Below, one piece after another: positions 38,201 to 48,586 of a DNA stretch of 64,000 bases (its first letter is position 1; each line of letters opens with the position of its first letter). Under the pieces are notes generated by a model. That model was given only the letters and a program-made list of their open reading frames with translations, made no database searches and was not told the origin of the DNA. The translations under genes were made by a program, and so were the position numbers. The stretch comes from Pelagomonas calceolata (Eukaryota): positions 1,364,001-1,428,000 of the forward strand of contig CAKKNE010000001.1 of assembly GCA_918797485.1 (NCBI GenBank), read 5' to 3'.

Positions 38201-38885
38201 AGCGGAAGCAAAATTGAGCGACTGTATTAAGCAACAGGAGAACGCGTTGTGGCAAGAGCGGAAGGTTGGGAAGAGGCGCGACGACCACACGAAGGCGCTA
38301 GCCATCGCTGCGGCGACGCCTCGGGAGAAGCAGAACCCGCAACAGCGGATGATGCTGGCGAATAGAGCAATGAATTCTCCAATGTGGAGAGCTAGGGAGT
38401 CGCGGCGAAATATCCGGGATGACTGTGACCTCGCGAAGGCGGCGTCGGACCACGCAATCGCTACGTCGCAGCGCGCCCAGGCGCAGATGATGGTCGATAT
38501 CTGCCATGATAAGATTATCTGGCTGGATCCGAGAGCGCCTAGAGTCCGCAAGAAATTTAAACGCCTCATAGCGCTAGCGCGACGTCAAATCCAACTCCAG
38601 GGCGACCACGAAGGTGGAGCTGTCAAGTTCCTCGAGGACATCAAGGAGACCTGTGAGTTGCCTCCCACCGCTGGTGGGCCGCTGCCGACGAGGGTCTTCG
38701 AGCGCGCACTGGATGGTCTCCATGTAAAGAAGCAAAAGGAACTGCGAGAGACCAAGCGCGCGGAACGGCGCGCTGAGTACGAGCGCCAACTCATACTGGC
38801 CGCTCGGACGGCGAACGCGCCGGAGCCGGCGCCCTACTCCGACGTGGAAACGGAGGAGAGCGAGAGTCTCGACGGGTGGGGCTAG
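32207..38885 (+). CDS. ~2000-aa protein with Sfi1-like Trp-spaced helical repeats and a jacalin-like domain; introns ~33751-33941, 34560-34724, 35582-35707, 37147-37229
   Basis: Four ORFs joined in phase by introner-type introns (e.g. HNAW|KKWV, YKD|VDVA). Recurrent (F/L/W)xxW..Y/F units; jacalin-like GG..GG....F.L...EH.TGI and IVGL.G......IGLG. Confidence 0.7.
34560..34724 (+). mobile_element. GT-AG intron, introner subfamily B
   Basis: Clear similarity to GSIII intron 16245-16380 and to 47314-47429; ends TTCCACACAG. Confidence 0.85.
35582..35707 (+). mobile_element. In-frame (126 nt) stop-free introner-derived intron
   Basis: GTCCGT...two ACGCCATCGACG cores...CACGCAG; removal gives EKRKENR. 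Confidence 0.65.
37147..37229 (+). mobile_element. GT-AG introner intron with degenerate TSD
   Basis: GTCGATAG-CCGTGTGGAAATCGA...TCGATGTCCACACAG-GTCGACGT. Confidence 0.85.
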
Positions 38886-38936
38886 AGGCCTAACGTGTAT
38901 TTGTGTTACTTCTGGTGCAAGGGCGGGGGACTTCGT

Positions 38937-39815
38937 TCACGACAACACAGGGGGATTCACGTGCGGTCTCATTTCCCCAGCGACGAAGAACTGCACGATG
39001 AGCCAGAAGACGCCGTCGGGAACGTCGGCCAGCGCACCGGTCCTGTTGTGTCCGAATAGCCGCGAGATCGCGTCGGTCGTTCGCGGTCCGATCCTTCCAC
39101 CGGTCCTAAACGCGACGTTCCATAGCAGGGTTTTGAACGGGGGGAACTCTTTAGACACGCTCAAGATGTGATCCTCCGCGAGGCGTAGGCGTTCCAGAAT
39201 CTCCAACGACTTCTCGTATCTACGGTGCTGATTCGTTAATCTTTCCTCGTTCCGTGTCATCTCCAAGCCACGTCGGGCGAATTCCTCGGGGGTATCGTTC
39301 AAGCCCCATACAGTATGGCAACTGCGCGCTGCCGTGTTGAGGCCTGCCCTGAGTAGCATCATCAAAATGCCGGGGTGCCCACATACAGCTGACATAGCGA
39401 CGCTACAAGTCGGCTGGGTGCATTCAGGTGGAGGCTCGCGGCGCTCCGGATTGTTGGAGTCGTAATTGACATCCGCGCCGTTATCTACAAGAATCCGTAC
39501 GGCTTCGACCTGCCGGTACGTTAGAGCTATCAGCAGAGCATGGTGAGGATCTCTACCGGGCTGTGAGCGGAGAGAATGATTTACGTCCGCACCAGCCGCC
39601 AGAAGTAGTTTGATGACCTCGCATTGTCCGTGCCCCGCTGCGACCCCCAGGAGGCGCAGCCCATACTCGAGAATTCTTGGTGCGTATTGAAAGTCATGAT
39701 CCACATGAAAGGGCGCGTTGGCGTCCCCTCCTCCTGCGAGCCACTCTTGGACCTGCCGCGCGTCGCCGCTGGCCGCCGCGTGGAAAATTTCGGTCGGTGC
39801 GAACTCTGTGGCCAT
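38937..39815 (-). CDS. Ankyrin-repeat protein with C-terminal F-box-like tail
   Basis: AAGHGQCEVIKLLLAAGADVN, VRILVDNGADVN; tail VPDGVFWLIVQFF. Confidence 0.85.
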   Translation of the reverse strand: MATEFAPTEIFHAAASGDARQVQEWLAGGGDANAPFHVDHDFQYAPRILEYGLRLLGVAAGHGQCEVIKLLLAAGADVNHSLRSQPGRDPHHALLIALTYRQVEAVRILVDNGADVNYDSNNPERREPPPECTQPTCSVAMSAVCGHPGILMMLLRAGLNTAARSCHTVWGLNDTPEEFARRGLEMTRNEERLTNQHRRYEKSLEILERLRLAEDHILSVSKEFPPFKTLLWNVAFRTGGRIGPRTTDAISRLFGHNRTGALADVPDGVFWLIVQFFVAGEMRPHVNPPVLS

Positions 39816-40159
39816 CGTCCGTCTCGCTTTGGTAGGTTTATGGGTGTCCTATGCGCTGCTGATCCTGGCTTTGGTAGAGCCGGACGACGACGAGCTTTGG
39901 TCGAGTCCACTGTCCTTGGAGGAAGCTCCGGGGCGACGGCGCAACCGCGGCTACGAGCCGAAGCGCTCCCGTGCCGTTCGATGGGTCTCGGCGGCACCAC
40001 TCCCGCTATTTTAAGACCGGTGGGCTGCGCGCGGCTATGAGGGAGCGGATGACCCTTTGCTCCCAGTTCTAGTGTGTCGATGCGCTAGCTCCGGCAGATC
40101 GTCTACTCCGCCCACTAGTCCTAGCACCGTAACAATTGCGCGGGCAGATCGTTCACTAT

Positions 40160-41029
40160 TCAAGAAGCCAGATACAACACAGTATAGTTATGCCTCCGCA
40201 TCGTCCGCGCGCACCGCTCGTCGGCCTCGATTGTCGCGACGTCCGCTGGAGACAGCTCCTCTCTCCACCGCGCCGCGACCGCCGCGCCGTCGCGCCTGCA
40301 CGATCTGCCCGGCTTGCACTCCGCGTCTGACTTGTCGTTGACTTGCCGGAGCGCGTGGTGGCGCTCCGGCACGCCCAGCTTCCCGCGGCCGCGCCAGCGC
40401 GAGATGCCGTCGAGCTCCACGGCGGCAGCCGTGACGAGCCTCTCGTAGTAGACGACACGATAGTCGCCACGAGAAAGCAACCCTAGCCGCTCCTCGTCGG
40501 CGTCCTTGGCCGCCATGCGCTTGCACACAGTGCGGGCGCAGGCACTGATTTTTTTGTTTGAACACATGTGGCCCCGCACCCGCGAGTTGACCACGGCCCT
40601 CGGATCTCGCACGAGGCGGAGCGTGCGGTCCACGGCGTCCAAAAACGCCTTCGGGAGGCCAGCGTCCATTCTCGTCACCTTGGCGACGCGTTCCCGGGCC
40701 GCGCACGCGGTGACGACCGCCGCCGGCTTCGTCGCCCCCACGCGGTGTCCCAGGAAGCCGCGATCCTTGGTCGCGACTTCGCGCCAAACCTTGTCGCCTA
40801 GTGCGGCGTCGCAGGCCAGGAGCCGCGGTACCAGGGCGTCGCAGGATCCGCTCGCGACCTTGCGATTGTGATCGCCGCCGAGCAGGCGGCAGGGTTCGAA
40901 GAAGTAGAACGTCGAGGCGTTGGCGACGAGCCCGCCCAGCAGCGTCGAGCCGGAGCGGAACTCCGTCACGATGGCGAGCGTGTCCGCGGCGGCCGCCGTC
41001 GCCAAGAAAAAGGCGGCGCGCAGCCTCAT
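40160..41029 (-). CDS. Secretory-pathway sulfotransferase (carbohydrate sulfotransferase-like)
   Basis: 5'-PSB RSGSTLLG, YFFEP, 3'-PB LVRDPRAV..SR, YE.LV; signal peptide. Confidence 0.88.
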   Translation of the reverse strand: MRLRAAFFLATAAAADTLAIVTEFRSGSTLLGGLVANASTFYFFEPCRLLGGDHNRKVASGSCDALVPRLLACDAALGDKVWREVATKDRGFLGHRVGATKPAAVVTACAARERVAKVTRMDAGLPKAFLDAVDRTLRLVRDPRAVVNSRVRGHMCSNKKISACARTVCKRMAAKDADEERLGLLSRGDYRVVYYERLVTAAAVELDGISRWRGRGKLGVPERHHALRQVNDKSDAECKPGRSCRRDGAAVAARWREELSPADVATIEADERCARTMRRHNYTVLYLAS

Positions 41030-41397
41030 GCGTTGGCCCCGACCGGCGCGCGCGCCTAGAGCTGTGGCGCAGCGGTGGCGCGAGAGGTTAAAGCGCACGC
41101 GTGCGGGCTGCGGCGCCGCGCGACGGCACGCCTAGCAGCAAGGCTGCATGTGCAGCGTCGCAGCGCCGAAACAGATCAAAAATGAGGCTGCCCTTGCGCG
41201 CAGCCGTTGGAGCGCGCTCGGGGCTGCTAGGACGCCGCTCTGGCGCTGTGGATTCCAATCATTACCTTGCGAGGCTGCCCCAGCCGATCGGCAGCGCCGG
41301 CGCAGCTAGCGAAGTAAGATACTAGCCCTCTGGACACCAGGACCTGGTCCTAGCTAGCAAACGCTGCCCATGTCGCCACAAAACCTCTAAATGATTC

Positions 41398-42045
41398 ATG
41401 GAACAGCAGGAATTGGTCGTCGCCTGCGCAAGGGCAGCCGTGCGCTGGCTGAAAAAGCCGCCAGAGCACCACCATGCCGATAGGCACAGGAAGGCCTGGG
41501 CGGCCGCGAAGACGCTCAGTGCCGTCGAGCAGTCATGCGTCAGCGTGTCGCGGGCGGGCTTCTCGTTGCGTGGTCCGGCTGAAGCACTCATACCGCTCGC
41601 GCGTATCACGCGATGGGGCCACGACGCGAGCGACTTCTTCGTCGAGGCTGCCGCGGCCGACGCATCCGCTGTCACGAATCGCACCGAGGGCATGATACGA
41701 ATCGTCGTGGGGACGCGGGATGGCGCTCGTTTGGCGACGCTTCTACGTAACCATGCCATACGGGCCTTACGTGCCATCGACGCTGCAGCCGCGGCGGCGC
41801 GCCCGCGCGTGAACCGTCGACGCTCGGCGGTGGACGAGGCGCTCATCGCTGCGGCGTCGCCGTTGAAGCCGTCCGCGCCTAGAGACGACGGACGAGTAGC
41901 GATTATCCAGGCGCGCTGGCGCGGCGCTCGCTTACGACTAGCGTGGCGCCGAGAGGAGTCGGCCCTCGTCCTCCAGGGCCTCTGGCGCGGATGTGCATCA
42001 CGAGGCCCCCAGGTTCGGACGAGCCAATTGACGCGTCGAGAATAG
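41398..42045 (+). CDS. IQ-motif protein with possible PH-like domain
   Basis: IQARWRG..LR and LQGLWRG..SR. Confidence 0.6.
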   Translation: MEQQELVVACARAAVRWLKKPPEHHHADRHRKAWAAAKTLSAVEQSCVSVSRAGFSLRGPAEALIPLARITRWGHDASDFFVEAAAADASAVTNRTEGMIRIVVGTRDGARLATLLRNHAIRALRAIDAAAAAARPRVNRRRSAVDEALIAAASPLKPSAPRDDGRVAIIQARWRGARLRLAWRREESALVLQGLWRGCASRGPQVRTSQLTRRE

Positions 42046-42102
42046 CACGCGGTGTTCTTGTCTTGTAAGATGTTCTAACAATAGCACTTAACAAAGACAC
42101 AT

Positions 42103-43407
42103 CTAGAGCCACGCCGCCGCGTCGACGGCGTCGAGCCCGAGCACGTTCAGCAGGTCCTTCCCCATGTCGACCTTACAGGTCAGGTCGACGACCTCGAGCG
42201 GCCCGCGCGCCGTCGCGAGCTTCGAGGTACACGAGGTCGACACGTGCTCGAACTCGCCCAACAAATTGCCGTGCCTATTCCCGAAGCTCTCGGGTTCCAA
42301 GTGCACGGGCCATGCCCCCTTGGCGCGCACCGCGGCCTCGCCAACGAGCAGGTCGCGGCTCATCCATTTGCGGGGTATCTCAGTCGGCTTGAGGGCCGCG
42401 TACTTGGCCTGGTTGTAGGGGAGGCGTCCGATCTCGCCATCATACGCGACGTCGGCGAGCGTCAGCAGCGTGTGCCAGAGCGCGTACTGGTCCTTAAAAC
42501 CGCAGCGATGCCGGAGCCACCCATCAACGAATTTGATGCTGAACGGTGTTGCTCTTAGGTACCAGCGCATACCGCCGGCCAGCCAGAAGGGATGAGGCCG
42601 CGTCGGGTGCCGTGCGCTGTGGGCCTCGTTCAGGACCACGTCGTAGGAGCCCTGAGTCATTCCGCTGGCGCTACTCGCTGCCTTTTTGACGTCCTCGGGC
42701 CGCACGTACGAATCTAGATCCATGTAGAATACGTCGCGAACGCGCGAATTGCGCAGCAACAGCGACGCGGCCGCCATCTTCGCGTGGTGGTTGCTGTTGA
42801 CCTCGTGCTCAGAGCCGGCGTAGCTCGATCGGCCGACTCCTTTGTACGTGAGTCGTCTGCTCGCGGCCTGCCGTGTCGCTAATTGCTCCGCCGCAAACGA
42901 GGCACTACAATTGACCTTCTTGCGCCCGAAATTCTTGGCCAACAGCTTGAGCTTCGCGCCGACGGCGCTCGCGCAGCACCAGGGACCCACCGTCGTGGCA
43001 ATGTCCTTCGGTAGCTCGCCTAGCCACAGCACGGCGTTCCAGTTCGACTTACGCGCAAACGCGACCTTGTTCACGAAGTAGGGCCATTCGTGCCACAGGT
43101 AGGGCAGCGAGTTCGCGACCATGAGCAGCATGGGCTTCGTCGAGGTCTGATCTCTATCGAGCCAGCACAGGCGCGGCCGCTGCGTGAAGAGTTCCGAGTC
43201 CGACGTCGGCTGAGCTTCGAGCACGCCTTCGGAGTACACCAGCCGCAGCATCGGCGTGCCGGTACCATCTTTTTTCAGGCCGTGGCGCAGTGAAAATGTG
43301 CAATTGGTGTCCGTGCCGGCAATAGTTGGCACGACGGCGCGTACTGGTGGCTGCAGGAGCAGCAATGCTACCTTGGCGACGTGCTGCCACGCCGCACGAG
43401 GACGCAT
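42103..43407 (-). CDS. Putative GT-A glycosyltransferase (GT34-like)
   Basis: Signal peptide; H.K, YMDLDSY (DxD), DQ.AL motifs. Confidence 0.6.
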   Translation of the reverse strand: MRPRAAWQHVAKVALLLLQPPVRAVVPTIAGTDTNCTFSLRHGLKKDGTGTPMLRLVYSEGVLEAQPTSDSELFTQRPRLCWLDRDQTSTKPMLLMVANSLPYLWHEWPYFVNKVAFARKSNWNAVLWLGELPKDIATTVGPWCCASAVGAKLKLLAKNFGRKKVNCSASFAAEQLATRQAASRRLTYKGVGRSSYAGSEHEVNSNHHAKMAAASLLLRNSRVRDVFYMDLDSYVRPEDVKKAASSASGMTQGSYDVVLNEAHSARHPTRPHPFWLAGGMRWYLRATPFSIKFVDGWLRHRCGFKDQYALWHTLLTLADVAYDGEIGRLPYNQAKYAALKPTEIPRKWMSRDLLVGEAAVRAKGAWPVHLEPESFGNRHGNLLGEFEHVSTSCTSKLATARGPLEVVDLTCKVDMGKDLLNVLGLDAVDAAAWL

Positions 43408-44268
43408 CGCTGCGCGCACGGCTGCTAGCACGGCGGACGAGCGGTTAGATGCATCCGCGGACGATCATGGTCGTTTTCGCATTCGCTTTGGGCAGCCTTT
43501 TATGGTGCTCCTTTTTGCCTCGATTTGTGCGCCGTCCTACCGGCGCGCACGCGCTCCAGGCACGTCGGATATGTCCAGTGGGCCGGGCGAGACGTAAAGA
43601 CACGTCCTATAGACACCGAGGGCCCGGGGTGGAAAATCCTCGGTCCCTACAGCGATGCACGCGGTCCAGGCGGCGGCCGGGCAGTCCGGACGGCCGCCAG
43701 AGATCCGAGAAAGCGTCCGGCGGCCGGGCCCAGCCCGCCAACATACTAGCCACGCCAACTTTGGCGCAGCCCCAAAAATTCAGCCCCTCGGCCCCACTTT
43801 TGAGCGGGATTGCTGCCCACACGCGCATCCGCAAGGTAAGCTGCTGCTTCTACGATGGGGATGGACCTCCGACGGCAGCGAAAACGAGCGCGCACGGCCT
43901 CACACACGGCCTGGCGGCCGCCAGCGGAGATTGCACCAGCACCGCGCTCGACGCCACCGCGCGGCTCCCCGCGGAGTCTCGGCGAAAGCCGCCCCGCCTT
44001 GGCGCGGCCGGTGGACAATCCAGTGCGGTCGCTGGCGCGCGGACGGCCCGCGGGGCCCGGTCCATTCGCTGGCGTCGACGTGCCGCGCCGCTTCGCTCTT
44101 GCAGCTGACTGTCGAAACACACACGACGTGGTACCAACGCCAGCTTACGGAGCTTGGCATCGTTATCGGCTGCGGACCACGCACCCCCAACCCCTAAAAT
44201 CTCCTCCCAATTGAGACGAAGCTGAATTTTCACCCCCCGCCCCCCCTCGCAGACTCCGTTCCTAAACG

Positions 44269-44631
44269 ATGGTCCGGAAATTGGTCGTCGCGGCCCTCTG
44301 CGCCGTCGCGCGCGCCGCGAGCAACGACGCCGGTGCGCCGGTGCCGTTTGCCGAGTTTGCCGCACCCGCCGATAAGGCGGATGGTGCTGCCGAGGGGCGC
44401 ATGCAGCAGATGTTCCAGGACGTCCGACGCCTGCAGTACTCATATGACTTCGCGTCGACCTGCGTTTCCTCCCTTATGGCCTGCGTCAGCAATGCCGACT
44501 GCGCCGATGACGAGGAGTGCTCATTTCCGCGACGAACGCGGAAGACGCGCCGCCTGAGCGAGGAGGACGCCAATGCCGGACGGGCGCTCAAGTTCGGCGC
44601 CAACGCTGTCGGACAGTGTGTCTGCAAATAA
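44269..44631 (+). CDS. Small secreted Cys-rich protein
   Basis: Signal peptide, C...DC..EEC, RRL motifs, LKFG....QCVC. Confidence 0.65.
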   Translation: MVRKLVVAALCAVARAASNDAGAPVPFAEFAAPADKADGAAEGRMQQMFQDVRRLQYSYDFASTCVSSLMACVSNADCADDEECSFPRRTRKTRRLSEEDANAGRALKFGANAVGQCVCK

Positions 44632-44728
44632 ACGTGACCCTCCCCCTTCCCGCCCCTCCCTCCCGCCCCATGTAATCCCACCGCCCGCGGCGCACCCCAC
44701 CGCTCCCCTTAACACGAATAACCGTTGG

Positions 44729-46088
44729 TTACCCATACAACCCCTCCTCCACATCCGGATGCTTCAAAATCGCGAACAACACGTACCGGTCCTCGGCGCC
44801 GTCGTGCCGCACGTGGTGCTCGAAGGAGTCGTCGAAGACGATCGCGTGCCCGTCGCCGCCGTACGAACGCGGCTCATCGCCAACCGTGAACGTGACGCCG
44901 TCCGAGCCGCGCAGTGCGAATTGCATTATGAGGCGCCGATTCGTAACTCCGCAGTGCGGCAATATGTTCGCACCAGGCGCTAGACGCAGTACCGTGGCCA
45001 CGACCGGCGTCCCGCAGAGGTTCGGCCGCGTAGAGTCGAGCGGCGCGGCGCCGAGCTCCGGGAGAGCGCGCCCCTCGTCCGTCTGTAAGAGCCGGCTGAG
45101 CGTCGGCGCGAGGGCGCAGGCCTCGGCGTCCCATTCTATGCCGTCGTAGAGCGGCAATTCCGACCACGCGCCTTCGCCAGCTGCGTCGGCGGCTTTGGAC
45201 GGCGGGCGGAACGGCGCCGACGGCGAAACGAGGCGCTTCAGCGCGTTGTGCCGGATCAGGCTGTCGACATCGTCGAGCATGGCCGCCCGAGTCGATTCGT
45301 CGGCGAAAGCGGCCTCAAGCTTTCTCACGACCTCAAAATCCCTGCTAGGCCAGAAGCGCTGGGCCGTCAGCCCCGGAAAGTAGACCTTGGGCGTTTGGTC
45401 GACCTGCGCGAGAGAATGACGCGTCGCCTCGATGGCGTGCCGCGCGGAGAAGGCAGCTCGACGTACGCTAGAAACGCACGCGCTCGTATTTCGTCGCCGC
45501 CGCCGGGTGTTTATTGGCCAGCGCTCGCGCCGCCTCGGCCCGCGCCAGGTCGCCGCCCCTCCTGTAATACGTCACGGCCGACGAAATTGCGGCATTAAAT
45601 GCGTCCCGCGGCGAGGCCTCGTCGACGGCGTAGGCGTCAACACACGCCTGGGTGCAGGCCTGCTGCACGCACCAGTGCGCCGCTCGCAGGCACTTCCCGT
45701 CGTCTCGCGAAAGAGACGCGTAGACCTCCACGAGTTTGCCAAAGAGCATCGACGCGCGGACGGGATCCAGCTTGTACTGGCCCAACTCCTCCAAGCTCTC
45801 CGCCGCGCTCTCGAGCGCGGACCACGCCGCGTCGGTGACCGCGCCGCCCGCGGCGTCAAACTCGCGCATGAATTCGTCGTGGGCGGCGGCGCCGCGGCGC
45901 CAGAGCTGCTCCCACTCGGCCGGCAGCTTGCCCGCGCCCGGCATCGCGACGAACGTCTCGACAATCTCGACATCCGACGACGCCGGGAACGGGCCGGGCT
46001 GCAGCGGGTTCACGAGACGCGCGGGCGAGGCTGCGAGCGCGTCGGCGGCGACGATTAGCAGCGTCAGGCTGAGTCGTGCGCTGGACAT
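44729..46088 (-). CDS. Secreted aspartyl/asparaginyl beta-hydroxylase-domain protein; intron 45404-45479
   Basis: YFPGLTA..FW, L.PG..I.PHCG.TN.RL, FDDSFEH.V.H; splice KYER|VDQTP. Confidence 0.85.
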
Positions 46089-46504
46089 CGTTCAAAATAG
46101 GCAGGCGAGGGCCGGCGTCGGAGCGGTAGCTAGGCGGCGCCTAGATCTGTGCAAATCACAAGGCTGAGAGCAGAGCCTCTGAAATGCGTCTTCCGGCGCT
46201 GCGGACGCGGTATTCGAAGCTTTGAAGCGTCCGACTATACAATTGACTGTTTTTGGGCGTCAAGAGCAGCCCAGCGGGTGGATCCAGCGCGCGTTTAGCG
46301 CGTAAATTGCAATGTGAGCCGATCATTTTGCTAAGATAAAAACATAGGGGCAATCTGTTGGCCTCGCGCTCCCCGTTCGGACACGTAGAGAAGCGTCTGA
46401 AGCCTCTCAGGGACGAATCCAAAAAAAAAAAAATCGCAATCGGAGCCTCAGACGCGGCCCGCGCGTGTAACAGAGGAAAAATACTAATCACCAACAAAAG
46501 ATTA

Positions 46505-48090
46505 TCAAGCCAAAGCCACCGCCTCGTACGCCACCGACTCCGCGCCGCGGCGCATATTTAACCGTTCCTTCCGCTTCTGCCGGTTCCGCATCGACAGCGA
46601 CGTCGCTCGTGGAGCGGGCGCTCTCGGCACAGGAGGGCCACCGCGCTTCCGCCGCCGCCGCCGCTCGTGCGCTTCTTGGATTTGCCGCTCCCGCAGGTCC
46701 TCCGCCGCGGCAATGCGCGCCAGCGCCACCTCCCGATCACTCGTGCGCACGGCCTGCCGCCGCGGGCCCCTTCGAGGCCTCATCGTACTATCAGTAGCGT
46801 TGACCTCGGGCCGGCCCATCCACTTGCAGCGCTTGCCTTCTATTGCTGAAGTGACGTTCGCCGAGAGCCACGCGTATCCTTTATTGGTGGTGGCGCAGAC
46901 GCTATCCAAGCGATCGCGCGTCCCTAAATATTCTTTCAGGTAGCGCTTTTGATGCAATACAAGCATGGGGCCCATGAGCGGCACGGTACATTTCAGGGTA
47001 GCATCGGAAGGCCGCTCCGACGCGTCTCGGACGTTCAGAGCATAAGGTAACGCGCCGACCGTCCACTTCTCGGCTGACGTATTATTCTGGGGGCCGCTCG
47101 GCAGGGCCAGCTCCGGATGGGCGTTGCAGTGCGCGTCCATCAAAGCTGCGAGCGGCGCCTGGTCGCCGCCCCAACTACTGGACGTTTCGTCGCCCTTGGA
47201 GCTGGAGTAGTAGTCGACGTAGGCCCGGGCCCAGTCCTCCGAGAATTTCGAGAGGCGGGGCCCCGGCGTCACGGCCAAAGCGCCACCTTGCACGCCGCCG
47301 CAGAAGGACGCGCCTGCGTGGCACGGAACCATCTCCGTTCGCTCACGAGCCGCGGTGTGGCACCGCGACGACGCTGTCGACGCAACTTCACTGTTCGGAA
47401 AAGGGCGGAAACAGACGCTGAGTCCGCGCCTTGCATCAACGCGTCGTAGCAGTGCGCCTCCAACCCGGCGCCGAGGCGGCTGCCGTCCTTCGCGAGGGCC
47501 CAGGCGCACTCGTGGGCGTCCCGCAACGCGATCTTCTCCCGCCGGTGCTTCGCGAAGGTGTGGGCCCTGATATCGTAGTGGCGGTACGCCTTCATCCCGG
47601 CCCTCGATTGAAGCGCTCGCAGGGCGCCCCTGACGCCCGTCGCGCCGTTCGTCGGCAGGCATGCGAACGTATCGTCATCCAAGAACAACGTAAGAGCGTA
47701 GGGCGCCCGCGCCAGGTTCAAGATGCGGCCCAAGCGACTCCGCAGCTTCGCGCGACTTAGCGAGTCGCCGCTAACCAGCGCTTTCTCCGCCTCGGAGCGA
47801 GGCATGAAAGTGGAGAAGCCGTCGGGCAGGATGTGCCGAAACAAGGGGCCGGCATACGATTCTACAGTGTCTTTATCTAAGTCGGTAAAGAGGCATAGAG
47901 GTAAACTAGAATCGTGGCGCCGCACGCTTTGCGCCGCGACCAGTACTTTCCTCAAATTATCTTTCACGGTGCGGCGGTTCGCGTCTCGGGCGTTGTTGCG
48001 CGTGTAGCAGATGCCAATGTCTGCCGTGTCCTGTGCAGTGGCTGCCCAGAGCAGCCCCAGGAGCTGCAGGAACATTTTACGCATGCGCAT
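46505..48090 (-). CDS. Putative GT-A glycosyltransferase; GC-AG intron 47314-47429
   Basis: Signal peptide, AQSVRRH, PY..TLFLDDDT, GDQ.PL; splicing gives LMQG|ASFCGGVQGG. Confidence 0.7.
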
Positions 48091-48586
48091 GTGTCGCGCC
48101 GACGGCGTTTTCTGGTGAAATTCGCATCCGTGCGTGAACGAGGCTGCCGTGCAGCCGAATTATTGGGGTCTTGCTTGCCATCACTGCAAATTTATTGCTT
48201 GGAATTGAATAGGCTGAAGCAGAGCCTCCCAAGAGAGGTCCAACTGCGTGAATGCCGTCTCGCGGCGGCTAGCGACTTGTGCTTGTTTGCTAGTGTCTTA
48301 CAGACCGCTAGCCCACGCGGGATTATTTTAATTTTGTAGCTCGAGCGTAGAGTCTATACGGACGGTTTTGGCGACGTGCTGCGGTTTCGGAGACCTTCAT
48401 TCGCTGGGCCTCCATTCCGCATCGCTTTCTCAACAAACTCTGCAAGCTCTGCACAGCCCAGGCAGCTAGGCTGGCACTGCTTGCGGCGCATCTGCTATCG
48501 CTAGGTAGCACTGCTTGTGCAGTGATTGTACGCGTACGCTAGACGCCGTCGAGCAAGCGGCGCGAGCAAGCGCGGCAGAAAAAAAA

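Noticed and set aside
43450..44260. Overlapping 120-220 aa ORFs and possible MITE remnants
   Set aside because: Arg/Ala/Pro-rich GC artefacts; no TIR/TSD pair could be identified.
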